Shown: positions 14,201-30,471 of the stretch, one piece after another | Position numbering within the stretch: the stretch's first letter is position 1 | How the letters are laid out: every line of letters starts with the position of its first letter | Assembly: GCF_009914755.1 (NCBI RefSeq) | Contig: NC_060938.1 | Reading direction: 5' to 3' (one strand) | DNA length: 64,000 bases | DNA from: the human T2T-CHM13v2.0 reference genome, Homo sapiens | Notes under the pieces: generated by a model | What the model was told of the DNA's origin: nothing | The model's input: the letters and a program-made list of their open reading frames with translations, nothing else | Databases searched by the model: none | Made by a program: the position numbers and the translations under genes

Positions 14201-16628
14201 GGAACAGGAAATATCTTCACATAAAAACTACACAAAAGCATTCTGAGAAACTTCTTTGTGATGTGTGCATTCATCTCACCGACTTGAACATTTCATTTGA
14301 TTAAGCAGTTTTGAAACACTCTTTTTGTAGAATCTGCAAGTGGATATTTGCTGCGTTTTCAGGCCTATTGTGAAAAAGGAAATATCTTCCCTTAAAAACT
14401 ACAAAGAAGCATACTCAGAAACTTCTTTGTGATGTATGCATTCATCTCACAGAGTTGAACCGTTCTTTTGATTGAGCAGTTCGGAAACACTCTTTTAGTA
14501 GAATCTGCAAGTGGATATTTGAAACCCTGGAGTACTGTATTGGAAAAGGAAATATCTTCACATAAAAATGACACAGAAGCATTTGGGAATACTTCTTTGT
14601 GATGTGTGCATTCACCTCACAGAGTTGAACCTTTCTTTTGATTGACGAGTTTTGAAATCCTCTTTTTGTATAATCTGCAATTGGATATTTGTAGCTCTTT
14701 GAGGCCTATGGTGGAAAAGGAAATATCTTAACATAAAAATTACACAGAAGCACTCTGAGAAACTTCTTTTTGACGTCTGCATTCATCTCACAGAGGAGAA
14801 ACTTTCATTTGATTGAGCAGTTTTGAAACACTCTTTTTGTAGAATCTGCAATTGGATATTTGGAGCACTTTGAGGCCTATTGTGGAAAAGGAAATATCTT
14901 CACATAAAAACTACCCGGAAGCATTCTCAGAAACTTCTTTTTGATGTGTGCTTTCATCTCACAGTGTTGAATATTTCTTTTGATTTAGCTGTTTGGAAAC
15001 ACACTTTTACTAGAATCTGCAAGTGGATATTTTGAGCCCTTGGACGCTTATTGAGGAAAAGGAAACATCTTCACATGAAAACTACACAGAAGCCTTCTGA
15101 GAAAATTCTTTGTGATGTGTGCATTCATGTCAGAGTTGAACCTTTCTTTTGATTGAGCAGTTTTGAAACTCTCTTTTTGTTGAATCTGTGAGTGGTTATT
15201 TGGAGTCCTTTGTGGCCGATGGTGGAAAAGGAAATATCTTCCCATAAAACGGCACAGAAGCATTCTGAGAAACTTCTTAGTGATCTGTGCACTCATTGCA
15301 CAGAGTTGAACATTTCATTCGATAGAGCAGTTTTGAACCACTCTTTTCACAGAATCTGCAAGCGGATAATTGCAGAGCTTTGAGACCTATTGTGGAAAAG
15401 GAAATATCTTCCCATAAAAACTACACAGAAGCATTCTCAGAAACTTCTTTGTGATATGTGCATTCATCTCACAGAGTTGAACCTTTCTTTTGATTGAGCA
15501 GTTTGGCAAAACTCTTTTAGAAGAATCTGAAAGTAGATATTTGGAGCCCTTGGAGGCCTATTGTGGAAAAGGAAATATCTTCACATAAAAAATAACAGAA
15601 GCATTCAGAGAAACTTCTTTGTGATGTGTGCATTCAACACACAGAGTTGAACATATCTTTTGATAGAGCAGTTTTGAAACTGTCTTTTTGTAGAATCTGC
15701 AAGTGGATATTTGGAGCTCTTTGGGGCCTTTGGTGGAAATGACAATATCTTCACATAAAAACTAAACAGAAGCATTTGGAGAAACTTATTTTTATTGTGT
15801 GCATTCATCTCACAGAGGTGAAACTCTCTTTTGATTGAGCAGAGTGGAAACGGTCTTTTTGTAGAATCTGCAAGTGGATATATGAAGCACTTTGAGGCCT
15901 ATTGTGGAAAAGGAAATATCTTCATAGAAAAACTACACGGAAGCATTCTGAGAAAATTCTTCATGATGTGTGCATTCATCTCACAGAGTTGAAGCTTTCA
16001 ATTGATTGAGCAGTTTTGAAACTCTCTTTTAGTAGAATCTGCAAGTGGATACTTGGAGCGCTTTGAGGCCTAAGATGGAAAAGGAAATATCTTCACATAA
16101 AAACTTCACAGATGCATGCTGGGAAACTTCTTAGTGATGTGTGCATTCATCTCACAGTGTTGAACATATCTTTTTATGTGGGAGTTTTGAAACTCTCTTT
16201 TTGTAGAATCTGCAAGAGGATATTTGGAGCTCTTTGTGGCCTATGGTGGAAAAGGAAATTTCTTCTCATAAACACTACACAGAAGCATTCTGAGAAACTC
16301 CTTTGTGATGTGTGCATTCAACTCACAGAGATAAAAATTTCTTTTCATAGAGCAGTTTTGAAACTCTCTTTTTGTAGAATCTGCAAGTGGATATTTGGAG
16401 TCGTTTGTGGCCTATTGAAGAAAAGGAAATATCTTCACATAAAAACTACTCAGAAGCATTCTGAGAAACTTCTTTGTGATGTGTGCATTCATCTCACAGA
16501 GTTGAACTTTTCTGTTGATTGAGAAGTTTTGAAACACTCTTTTTTTAGAATCTTCAATTGGATATTTAGAGCACTTTGGGGCCTATTGTGGAAAAGGAAA
16601 TACCTTCACATAGAAACTACACAGAAGC
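11244..16628 (+). repeat. Monomeric alpha satellite, family 'B' (AAAACTACACAGAAGCATTCTGAG, GTGGATATTT), no CENP-B boxes
   Basis: 171-bp monomers with consistent diagnostic k-mers distinct from 1-8546; ends abruptly at the L1 5' end. Confidence 0.96.
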
Positions 16629-17534
16629 GGTGCTGAGCCAAGATGGCCAAATACGAAGAGCTCTGGTCTACAGCTCCCAGCATGAGCCACGCAGAAGACA
16701 GGAGATTTCCGCATTTCCATCTGAGGTACCGGGTTCATCTCAGTAGGGAGTGCCAGAGAGTGGGTGCAGGTCAGTGGGTGCATGCACTGTGCACAAGCTG
16801 AAGCAGGGCGAGGCATTACCTCACTCGGGAAGTGCAAGGGGTCAGAGAGTTCCCATTTCTAGTCAAAGAAAGGGGTGACAGACAGCACCTGGAAAATCAG
16901 GTCACTCCCACCCAAATACTGCGCTTTTCCAACGGGCTTAAAAAATGGCGCACAAGGAGATTGTATCCTGCACCTGGCTCAGAGCATCCTACGCCCATGA
17001 AGTCTCACTGATTGCTAGTTCAACAGTCTGAGATCAAACTGCAAGGCGGCAGCGAGGCAGGGGGAGGGTAGCCTGCCATTGCCCAGGCTTGCTTAGGTAA
17101 ACAAAGGAACCTGGAAGCTCGAACTAGGTGGAGCCCACCACAGCTCAAGGAGGCCTGCCTGTCTCTGTAGACTCCACCTCTGGGGGCAGGGCACAGACAA
17201 ACAAAAAGACAGCGGTAACCTCTGCAGACTAAAATGTCCCTGTCTGACAGCTTTGAAGAGAGCAGTGGCTCTCCCAGCACACAGCTGGAGATCTGAGAAT
17301 GCTCAGACTGCCTCCTCAAGTGGGTCCCTGACACCTGACCCCCAGGCAGCCTAACTGGGAGGCACCCCCCAGGAGGGGCAGACTGACACCTCACAAGGCC
17401 GGGTACTCTAACAGACCTGCAGCTGAGTGTCCTATCTGTTAGAAGGAAAACTAACAAACAGAAAGGACATCCACACCAAAAACCCATCTGTACATCACCA
17501 TCATCAAAGACCTAAAGTAGATAAAACCACAAAG
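16629..17534 (+). promoter_or_regulatory. L1 5'UTR internal promoter with intact YY1 motif (CAAGATGGCC, 16639-16648); CpG island largely decayed
   Basis: Matches the primate L1PA 5'UTR; many consensus CpGs read TG/CA (e.g. GTGCATGCACTGTGCACAAGCTG). Confidence 0.85.
17020..17079 (-). pseudogene. ORF0: Truncated L1 antisense ORF0
   Basis: ORF track 17020..17487(-) ends in MAGYPPPASLPPCSLISDC*, the N-terminus of primate L1 ORF0, stopped after 19 aa. Confidence 0.75.
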
Positions 17535-18495
17535 ATGGGGAAAAAACAGAGCAGAAAAACTGGAAACTCTAAAAAACAGAGCACCTCTCCTCCTCCAAAG
17601 GAATGCAGTTCCTCACCAGCAACGGAAAGAAGCTGGACAGAGAATGACTTTGACGAGCTGAGAGAAGAAGGCTTCAGATGATCAAATTATTCCGAGCTAC
17701 GGGAGGATATTCAAACCAAAGGCAAAGAAGTTGAAAACTTTGAAAAAAGTTTCGAAGAATGTATAACTAGAAAAACTAATACAGACAAGTGCTTAAAGGA
17801 GCTGATGGAGCTGAAAACCAAGGCTCGAGAACTACGTGAAGAATGCAGAAGCCTCAGGAGCTGATGCGATCAACTGGAAGAAAGGGTATCAGCAATGGAA
17901 GATGAAATGAATGAAATAAAGCGAGAGGGAAAGTTTAGAGAAAAAAGAATAAAAAGAAACGAGCAAAGCCTCCCGAAAGTGATGGGGAGAATGGAACCAA
18001 CTTGGAAAACACTCTGCAGGATATTATCCAGGAGAAATTCCCCAATCTAGCAAGGCAGGCCAACATTCAGATTCAGGAAATACAGAGAATGCCACAAAGA
18101 TACTCCTCGAGAAGAGCAACTCCAAGACACACAATTGTCAGATTCACCAACGTTGAAATGAAAGAAAAAATGTTAAGAGCAGCCAGAGAGAAAGGTCGGG
18201 TTACCCTAAAAGGGAAGCCCATCAGACTAACAGCAGATCTCTCTGCAGAAACTCTACAAACAAGAAAAAAGTGGGGGCCAATATTCAACATTCTTAAAGA
18301 AAAGAATTTTCAACCCAGAATTTCATATCCAGCCAAACTAAGCTTCCTAAGTGAAAGATAAAATACTTTACAGACAAGCAAATGCTGAGAGATTTTGTCA
18401 CCACCAGGCCTGCCCTAAAAGAGCTCCTGAAGGAAGTGCTAAACATGGAAAGGAAAAACTGGTACCAGCCACTGCAAAATCATGCCAAAATGTAA
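17535..18495 (+). pseudogene. ORF1: L1 ORF1p (RNA-binding chaperone), disrupted
   Basis: MGKKQSRKTGNSK start at 17535; premature TGA at 17679-17681; ~52-bp deletion near 17973; conserved ...RRATPRH...REKG...YPAKLS; native stop ...CAAAATGTAA at 18495. Confidence 0.93.
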
Positions 18496-18558
18496 AGACG
18501 ATCGAGAATAGGAAGAAACTGCATCAATTAACAAGCAAGATAACGAGCTAACATCATA

Positions 18559-22533
<3,975 letters not shown>

Positions 22534-22745
22534 AAAATGAGGACACTTGGACACCGGCAGGGGAACATCACACTCTGGGGACTGTTGTGGGGTGGGGGGA
22601 GGGAGGATAGCATTGGGAGATATACCTAATGATAGATGATGAGTTAGTGGATGCAGCGTACCAATATGGCACATATATACATATGTAACTAACCTGCGCA
22701 TTGTGCATATGTACCCTAAAACTTAAAGTATAATAATAATATATG

Positions 22746-22755
22746 AATAAAAAAA
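22746..22755 (+). terminator. L1 polyadenylation signal and short A tail
   Basis: AATAAA at 22746-22751 merging into an A run after ...CTTAAAGTATAATAATAAT. Confidence 0.6.
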
Positions 22756-25700
22756 TACTCCTCAATCAAAAGAAAGTTTCAACTCTGTGAGGTGAATGCA
22801 CACATCACAAAGGAGTTTCTGAGAATGGTTCTGTGAAGTTTTTATGTGAAGGTTTTTCCTTTACCACCATAGGCCATAAAGCGCTCCAAATGTTCTCTTG
22901 CAGATCCTTCAGGAAGAGTATTTCAAAACTGCTCAATCAAAAGAAAGGTTCAACTCAGTGAGATAAATGCACACATCACAAAGAAGTTTCTCAGAATGCT
23001 TCTTTCTAGTTTTCATGTGAAAATACTTCCTTTTCCAACATAGACCTCAAAGCACTACAAATGTCCACTTTCAGATTCCACAAAAAGAGAATTTAAAAGC
23101 TGCTCATTCAAAAGAAAGTTCAACTCTGTGAGATGAATGCACACATCACAAAGAAGTTTCTGAGAGTGCTTCTGTCTAGTTTTTATGTGAAGATATTTCC
23201 TTTTCCTCCATAGGCCCCAAAACGCTACAAATGTCCCCTTGCAGATTCTACAAAAAGAGTATTTAAAACCTGCTCAATCACAAGAAAGGTTCAACTCTGT
23301 GAGTTGAATGCACTAAGCAAAGAAGTTTCTCAGAATGCTTCTGTGTAGTTTTTACATGAGGATATTTCCCTTTCCACCATGGGCCCGAAGAGCCTCCAAA
23401 TATCCAACTGCAGATTCTACAAAAAGATTGTTTCAAAACTGCTCAATCAAAAGAAAGTTTCATCTCTGAGAGATGAATGCACGCATCACAAGGAAGTTTC
23501 ACGGAATGCTTCTGTCTAGTTTCTATCTGAAGATATTTCCTTTTCCTCAATAGGCCACAAAGCCCTCCAAATATCCTCTTGCAGGTTCTGCAAAAAGTGT
23601 GTTTCAAAACTGCTCAATCAAAAGAAATGTTCAAGTCTGAGGGATGAATGTACACATCACAAAGAAGTTTCTCAGAATGCTTCTGTCTAGTTTTTATGTG
23701 AAGATATTTCCTTTACCGGCATGGGACGCAATTCGTTTCAAATATCCTCTTCCAGATTCTACCAATAGAGTCTTTCAAAACTGCTCAATCAAAAGACAGG
23801 TTCAACTCTGTGAGATGAATGCACACATCACAATGAAGTTTTTCAGAATGCTTCCATCTAGTTTTTATATGAAGATATTTCCTTTTCCACAATAGTCCTC
23901 AAAGCGCTCCAAATGTACACTGGCAGATTCTACAAACAGGGTGTTTCAAAACTGCTCAGTGAAAGAAGGTTCAACTCCGTGAGATGAATGCACAGATTAC
24001 AAAGGAGTTTGTCAGAATATTTCTGTGTAGTATTTATGTGAAGACATTTCCTTTTACACCGTAGGCCCCAAAGTGCTCCAAATATCCACCTGCAGATTCT
24101 GTAAGAAGAGTGTTTCAAAGCTGGTCAATCTAGAGAAAAGTTCAACTCTGTGAGATGAATGCACACATCCAAAAGAAGTTTCTCAGAATGCCTCTGTCTA
24201 GATTTTATTTGAAGATATTTCCTTTTCAACCATAGGCCTCAAAGCGCTCTAAATGTCCAGTTGCAGATTCTACAAAAAGAGTGCTTCAAAACTGCTTAAT
24301 CGAAAGTAACGTTCAACTCTCTGAGATGAATGAACACATCGCAAAGAAGCTTGTCAGGATGCTTCTGTCTAGTTTTTATGTGAGGATATATCTTTTCACA
24401 CTGTAGGCTGCAAAGTGCTCCAAACGTTCACTTGCAGATTCTACAAAAAGACTGTTTCCAAACTTCTCAATCAAAGGAAAGATTCAACTCTGTGAGATGA
24501 ATGAAGACATCACAAAGAATTTTCTCAGAATGATTCTAGTTTTTATGTGAAGATATTTCCTTTTCCACCGTAGGCCTCAAAGCACTGCAAATGTCCACTT
24601 GAGAATAGTACAAAGAGGGTTTTTCAAAACTGCTTGATCAAAAGTATGGTTCAACTCCATGAGATGAATGCACATATCACAAGGAAGTTTGTCAGAAAAC
24701 TTCTGTCTAGTGTTTATGTGAAGATATTTTCTTTTCCACCACAGACCTCAAAGCGCTAAGAATGTCCACTTGCAGATTCTTCAAAAAGAGTGTTGCCAAA
24801 CCGCTCAATGAAAAGAAATGTTCAGCTCTGTGAGATGAATGCACACATCACGAAGAAGTTTCTCAGAATGATTCTGTCTAGATTATATGTGAAGATATTT
24901 CCTTTTCCACCATAGGCCGCAAAGCGCCCCAAATGTCCACTTGCACATTCTACAAAAAGTGAGTTTCAAAACCACTCTATCCAAAGAAAGATTCAACTCC
25001 GTGAGGTGAATGCACAGATTACAAAGGAGTTTGTCAAAATGTATCTGTATAGTTTTTATGTGAAGATATTTCCCTTTCTACCATAGGCCTCAAAGCGCTC
25101 CAAATGTCCACTTGCAGATTCTACAAAAAGAGTGTTTAAAAACTGTTCAATCAAAAGAATGCTTCAGCTCTGTGTGATAAATGCACACATCACAAAGAAG
25201 TTTCTCAGAATGCTTTTGTCAACTTATTATGTGAAGATATTTCAGAATCCAACATAGGCATCAAAATGCTCCAAATGTACACTTGCAGATTCTACAAAAA
25301 GGGTGTTTCAAAACTGCTCAAACAGAAGAAAGATTCAACTCTGTGCGACGAATGCACACATCACAAAGAAATTTGTCAGAATGCCTCTGTCTAGTTTTTA
25401 TGTGAAGATATTTCCTTTTCCTCCATAGGCCTTAAAGCCCTCCAAAAGACCACTTGCACACTCTACAAAAAGACTGTTTCAAAACTGCCCAATCAAAAGA
25501 AAGTTTCAACTCCGTGAGATGAATGCACACATCACAAAGAATTTTCTCAGAATGATTCTGTCTAGTTTTTATGTGAAGATATTTCATTTCCACCATAGGC
25601 CTCAAAGAGCTCCAATTGTCCACTTGCAGATTCCACAAAAAGAGTGTTTCAAAACTGCTCCATCGAAAGTAAGGTTCAACTCTGTGAGATGAATGCACAT

Positions 25701-27816
25701 ATCCCAAAGAAGGTTGTCAGAATGATTCTGTCTAGTATTTATGTGAAGATCTTTCCTTTTCCACCATAGGCCGCGAAGCGCTCCAAATGTCCAATTGCAG
25801 ATTCTACAAAAAGAGTGTTTCAAAACTGCTCAATCAAAAGAAAGGTTCAACTCAGGGAGATGAATGCACACATCACAAAGAAATTCGTCAGAATGCTTCT
25901 GTCTAGTTTTTATGTGAAGATATTTCCTTTTCCACCATAGGCCTCAAAGCACTCCAACTGTCCACAGGCAGATAGTACAAAAAGGGTTGTTCAAAACTGC
26001 ACCATCAAAAGTCAGGTTCAACTCAGAAAGATGAAGGCACATATCACAAAGACATTTGACAGAATGTTTCTATCTAATTTTTATGTGAAGATATTTCCTT
26101 TTCAACCATAGGACCCAAAGCGTTCCAAGTGTCCACTTGCACACTCTACAAAAAGAGTGTTTCCAAACTGCTCAATCAAAAGGAAGTTTTAACTCTATGA
26201 GATACATGCACACATCGCAAAGTAGTTCCTCAGAATGCTTCTGTCCTGTTTTTATGTGAAGATATTTCCTTTTCAACCATAGACCTCAAAGCTCCCCAAA
26301 TATCCACTTGCAGATTCTAAAAAAGATTGTTACAAAACTGCTCAATCAAAAGAAAATTTCAACTCTGTGAGGTGAATGCACACATGACAAAGGAGTTTCT
26401 CAGAATGCTTCTGTTATTTTTTATGTGAAGATATTTCCTTTTCCACTATAGGCAGTATAGCACCCCAAATATCCACTTGCAGATTCTACAAAAAGAGTGT
26501 TTCCAAGCTGCTCTATCAAAAGAAAGTTTCGAGTCTGTGAGATGACTGCACATATCACAAAGAAGTTCCTCAGAATGCTTCTGTCTAGTTTTTATGTGAA
26601 GATATTTCCTTTTCCACCATAGGCCTCAAATCGCTCCAAATGACCAATTGCAGATTCTAAAAAAAGAGTTTTTCAAAACTTCTCAATCAAAAGAAGGGTT
26701 CAACTCTCTAAGGTGAATGAACATATCGGAAATTATCTCAGACTGCTTCTGTTTAGTTTTCATGTGAAGATATTTCCTTTTCCACTATATGCAGTATAGC
26801 ACTCCAAATATCCACTTGCAGATTCTACAAAAAGAGTGTTTCAAAACTGCTAAATCAAAAAATCAACTCTGTGTGATGCATGCACACATCACAAAGAAGT
26901 TTCTCAGAATGCTTCTGTCTAGTTTTTATGTGAAGATATTTACTTTTCCACAACAGACCTCAAAACCCTCCAAATATCCACTTGCAGATTCTAAAAAAGG
27001 GTGTTACAAAACTGCTCAATCAAAAGAAAATTTCAACTCTGTGAGGTGAATGCACACATGACAAAGGAGTTTCTCAGAATGCTTCTGTTTAGTTTTTATG
27101 TGAAGATATTTCCTTTTCCACCATAGGCCCCAACGTGCTCCAAATGTACATTTCAGACTCTACAAAAAGAGTGTTTCAAAACTGCTCAATCAAAAGAAAG
27201 ATTCAACTCTGTGAGATGAACGCACACATCACAAAGGAGTTGTCAGAATGTTTCTATATAGTTTTTATGTGAAGATACTTACCTTTCCACCATAGGCTTC
27301 AAAGCACTCCAAATGTCCACATGCAGATTGTACAAAGTGTTTCAAAGCGGTTCAATCAAATGAAAGGTTCAAACCTGTGAGATGAATGCACACATCACAA
27401 AGAAATTTGTCAGAATGCTTCTGTCTAGATTTCGTGAAGATATTTCCTTTTCCAACATAGGCCTCAAAGCACTCCAAATGTCCACTTGCAAGTAGTACAA
27501 AAAGGGTGTTTCAAAACTGCTGAATCAGAAGAATGGTTCAAATCTGTGAGATGAATACACGTATCATAAAGAAGTTTCTCAGAATGCTTCTGTCTAGTTT
27601 TTATGTGAAGATTTTTTTTTCACCATGTGCCTCAAATCGCTCCAAATGTCCACTTGCAGGTTCTACAAAAAGAGTGTTTTCAAACTGCTCAATAAAAAGA
27701 AAGGTTCAACTCTTGGAGAAGAATGCACACATCACAAAGAAGTTTCTCAGAAAGTTTCTGTCTAGGTTGTATGTGAAGATATTTCCTTTTCCACCAGAGG
27801 CCTCAAAGCGCTCCAA
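22756..27816 (-). repeat. Monomeric alpha satellite, family 'C' (A-box only)
   Basis: Reverse-complement 171-bp monomers (GAATGCTTCTGTCTAG, CCAAATGTCCAC, frequent TTTGTCAGAAT); no CENP-B boxes seen. Confidence 0.96.
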
Positions 27817-27943
27817 TCCGCTCCACTGCATTTCATTCTGTCCCATTCCATTCCACTCCATTACACTCCACTCCACTCCACTGCAATCCCCTCCACTCCA
27901 TTCCATTTCATTCCATTCCACATCATTCCATTCCATTCATTTC

Positions 27944-28003
27944 TTTTGACAGGATCTCACTCTGTAACCCAGGCTGTAGTGCAGTGGCACAATCTCAGCT
28001 CAC
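27944..28003 (-). mobile_element. First copy of the amplified Alu 3'-terminal fragment (AluJb-like)
   Basis: Reverse complement matches the Alu right-arm 3' end. GACAGG(A/G)TCTC is J-like (S/Y read GACGGAGTCTC); ATCTCAGCTCAC is closer to Jb than Jo. Confidence 0.8.
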
Positions 28004-30421
28004 ATTTCATTCACCATTCCATTCCATTCCATCCCATTGCACTCCTCTCCATTCCACTCCACTCCGCTCCACTCGACTCCACTCCACTCCACTAGACTCC
28101 ACTCCACTCCACTCCATTCCATTCCATTCCATTCCATTCCATTCCATTCCATTCCATTCCGATCCGTTCCATTCCATTCCTTTCTTTTGACAGGATCTCA
28201 CCCTGTCAACCAGCCTGGAGTGCAGTGGCACAATCTCAGATAACATTTCATTTCACAATTCCATTTCAGTCCATTCCATTCCATTGCATTCCATTCAATT
28301 CCATTCCACTCCATTCCATTCCATTCCTTTCCACTCCGCTCCACTCCACTCCACTCCATTCCATTCCATCCCACTCCATTCCACTTCATTACATTCCATG
28401 CCACTGCACTCCATTCCATTCCATCCCATTGCATTCAACTCCACTCCACTGAACTCCACTACAGTACACTACACTCCCTTCCATTCCATTCCATTACACT
28501 AGATTCCATTCCATTCCTTTCTTTCGACAGGATCTCACTCTGTCACCCAGGCTGGTGTGCAGTGGCACAATCTCAGCTGACATTTCACTTCACCACTCCA
28601 TTGCATTCCATTTCATTCCATTCCAAAGCATTCCACTCCACTCCACTCCACTGCACTCCACTTCACTCCACTCAACTCCATTCCATTCCATTCTATTCCA
28701 CTCCTTTCCAATCCACTCCAGTCCACTCCACTCCATCCAAATCCATTTCATTCCACTCCATTCCACTCCACTCCACTCCATTCCACTCCAGTCCACTCCA
28801 CTCCACTCCATTCCATTCCAGTCCATCCCATCCCATTCCACTCCATTCTTCTCCACTACACTACACTCCACTTCACTCTGCTCCACTCCACTCCATTCCA
28901 TTCCATTACACTCCATTACATTCCATTCCTTTCTTTGACAGGATCTCACTCTGTCACCCAGGCTGGAGTGCACCAGCACTATCTCACCTCACATTTCATT
29001 TCACCATTCCACTCCATTCCATTCCATTCCATTCCACTCCACTCCATTCCATTCAATTCCATTGCATTCCATTCCATTCCATTCCACTCCATTCCAGTCC
29101 ACTCTACTCCACTCCACTCCACTCCATTCCATTGAATCCCATTCCATTCCACTCCATTCCACTGCAATCCACTCCACTCCACTCTACTCCAATCCTGTCC
29201 ATTCCATTCCATTCCATTCACTCCACTCCACTCCATTCCATCTCATTCCATTCCACTCCATTCCACTCCACTCCACTCCACTCCATTCCATCCCATTCCA
29301 TTCCACTCCACTCCACTCCACTCCACTCCATTCCATTCTACTCCATCCCATTCCATTCCAGTCCATTCTGCACTCCACTCCACTCCACTCCATTCCACTC
29401 CATTCCATTCCACTACACTCCATTCCGTTCCATTCCTTTCTTTCGACAGGATCTCACTCTGTCCTCCAGGCTGGAGTGCAGTGGCAAAATCTCAGCTCAC
29501 ATTTCATTTCACCATTCCATTCCACTGCATTCCATTCCATTCCATTCCATTCCATTCCATTCCATTCCATTCCATTGCACTCCCATCCACTATATCCATT
29601 CAACCCCATTCCGTTCCATTCCACTCCACTCCACTCCAATCCATTCCATTCCATCCCATTCCATTCCACTCCATTCCACTCCACTCCACTCCATTCCATT
29701 CCATTCCATTCTACTCCATTCCATTCCATTCCTTTCTTTTGACAGGATCTCAGTCTGTCACCCAGGCTGGAGTACAGTGACACAATTTCAGTTCACATTT
29801 CATTTCACCATTCTATTCCATTACTTTACATTCCATTCCATTCCATTATATTCCATTCCATTCTATTCCACTCCACTCCACTCCACTCCATTCCATTCCA
29901 TTCCATTCCATCCCATTCCATTCCACTCCATTCCACTCCAGTCCACTCCCCTCCACACCACTCCACTCCATTCAATTCCATCCCATTCCATTCCACTCCA
30001 TTTCACTCCACTTCACTCCACTCTACTCCACTCCATTCAATTGCACTCCAAACCATTCCATTCCAATCCACTCCACTACACTCCAGTCCACTACTTTCCA
30101 CTCCATTCTATTCCATTCCACTCCATTCCATTTCATTCCTTTTCTTCAAGAGGGTCTCACTCTGTCACTGAGGCTGGAGTGTAAGTGGCACAATCTCAGC
30201 TCACATTTCATTTCACCATTCCTTTCCATTCCATTCCATTCCATTTAATTCCAATCCACTCCACTCCACTCCACGCCATTCCATTCCATTACATTCCCGT
30301 CCATTCCACTCCTTTCCACTCCAGTCTACTCCACTACATTCCATTCCATTCCATCCAATCCCAATCCACTCCATTCCACTCCTCTCCACTCGACTCCACT
30401 CCACTTCACTCCATCCCTCTC

Positions 30422-30471
30422 CATTACATTACATTACATTACATTACATTACATTACATTACATTACATTA
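30422..30471 (+). repeat. (CATTA)10 perfect microsatellite inside the composite array
   Basis: Uninterrupted CATTA run. Confidence 0.9.

Noticed and set aside
233-16522. Short ORFs in alpha satellite (also 23644-27949 and 48900-63789)
   Set aside because: Recurrent translations of the 171-bp monomer (a multiple of 3), with no protein features or gene structure.
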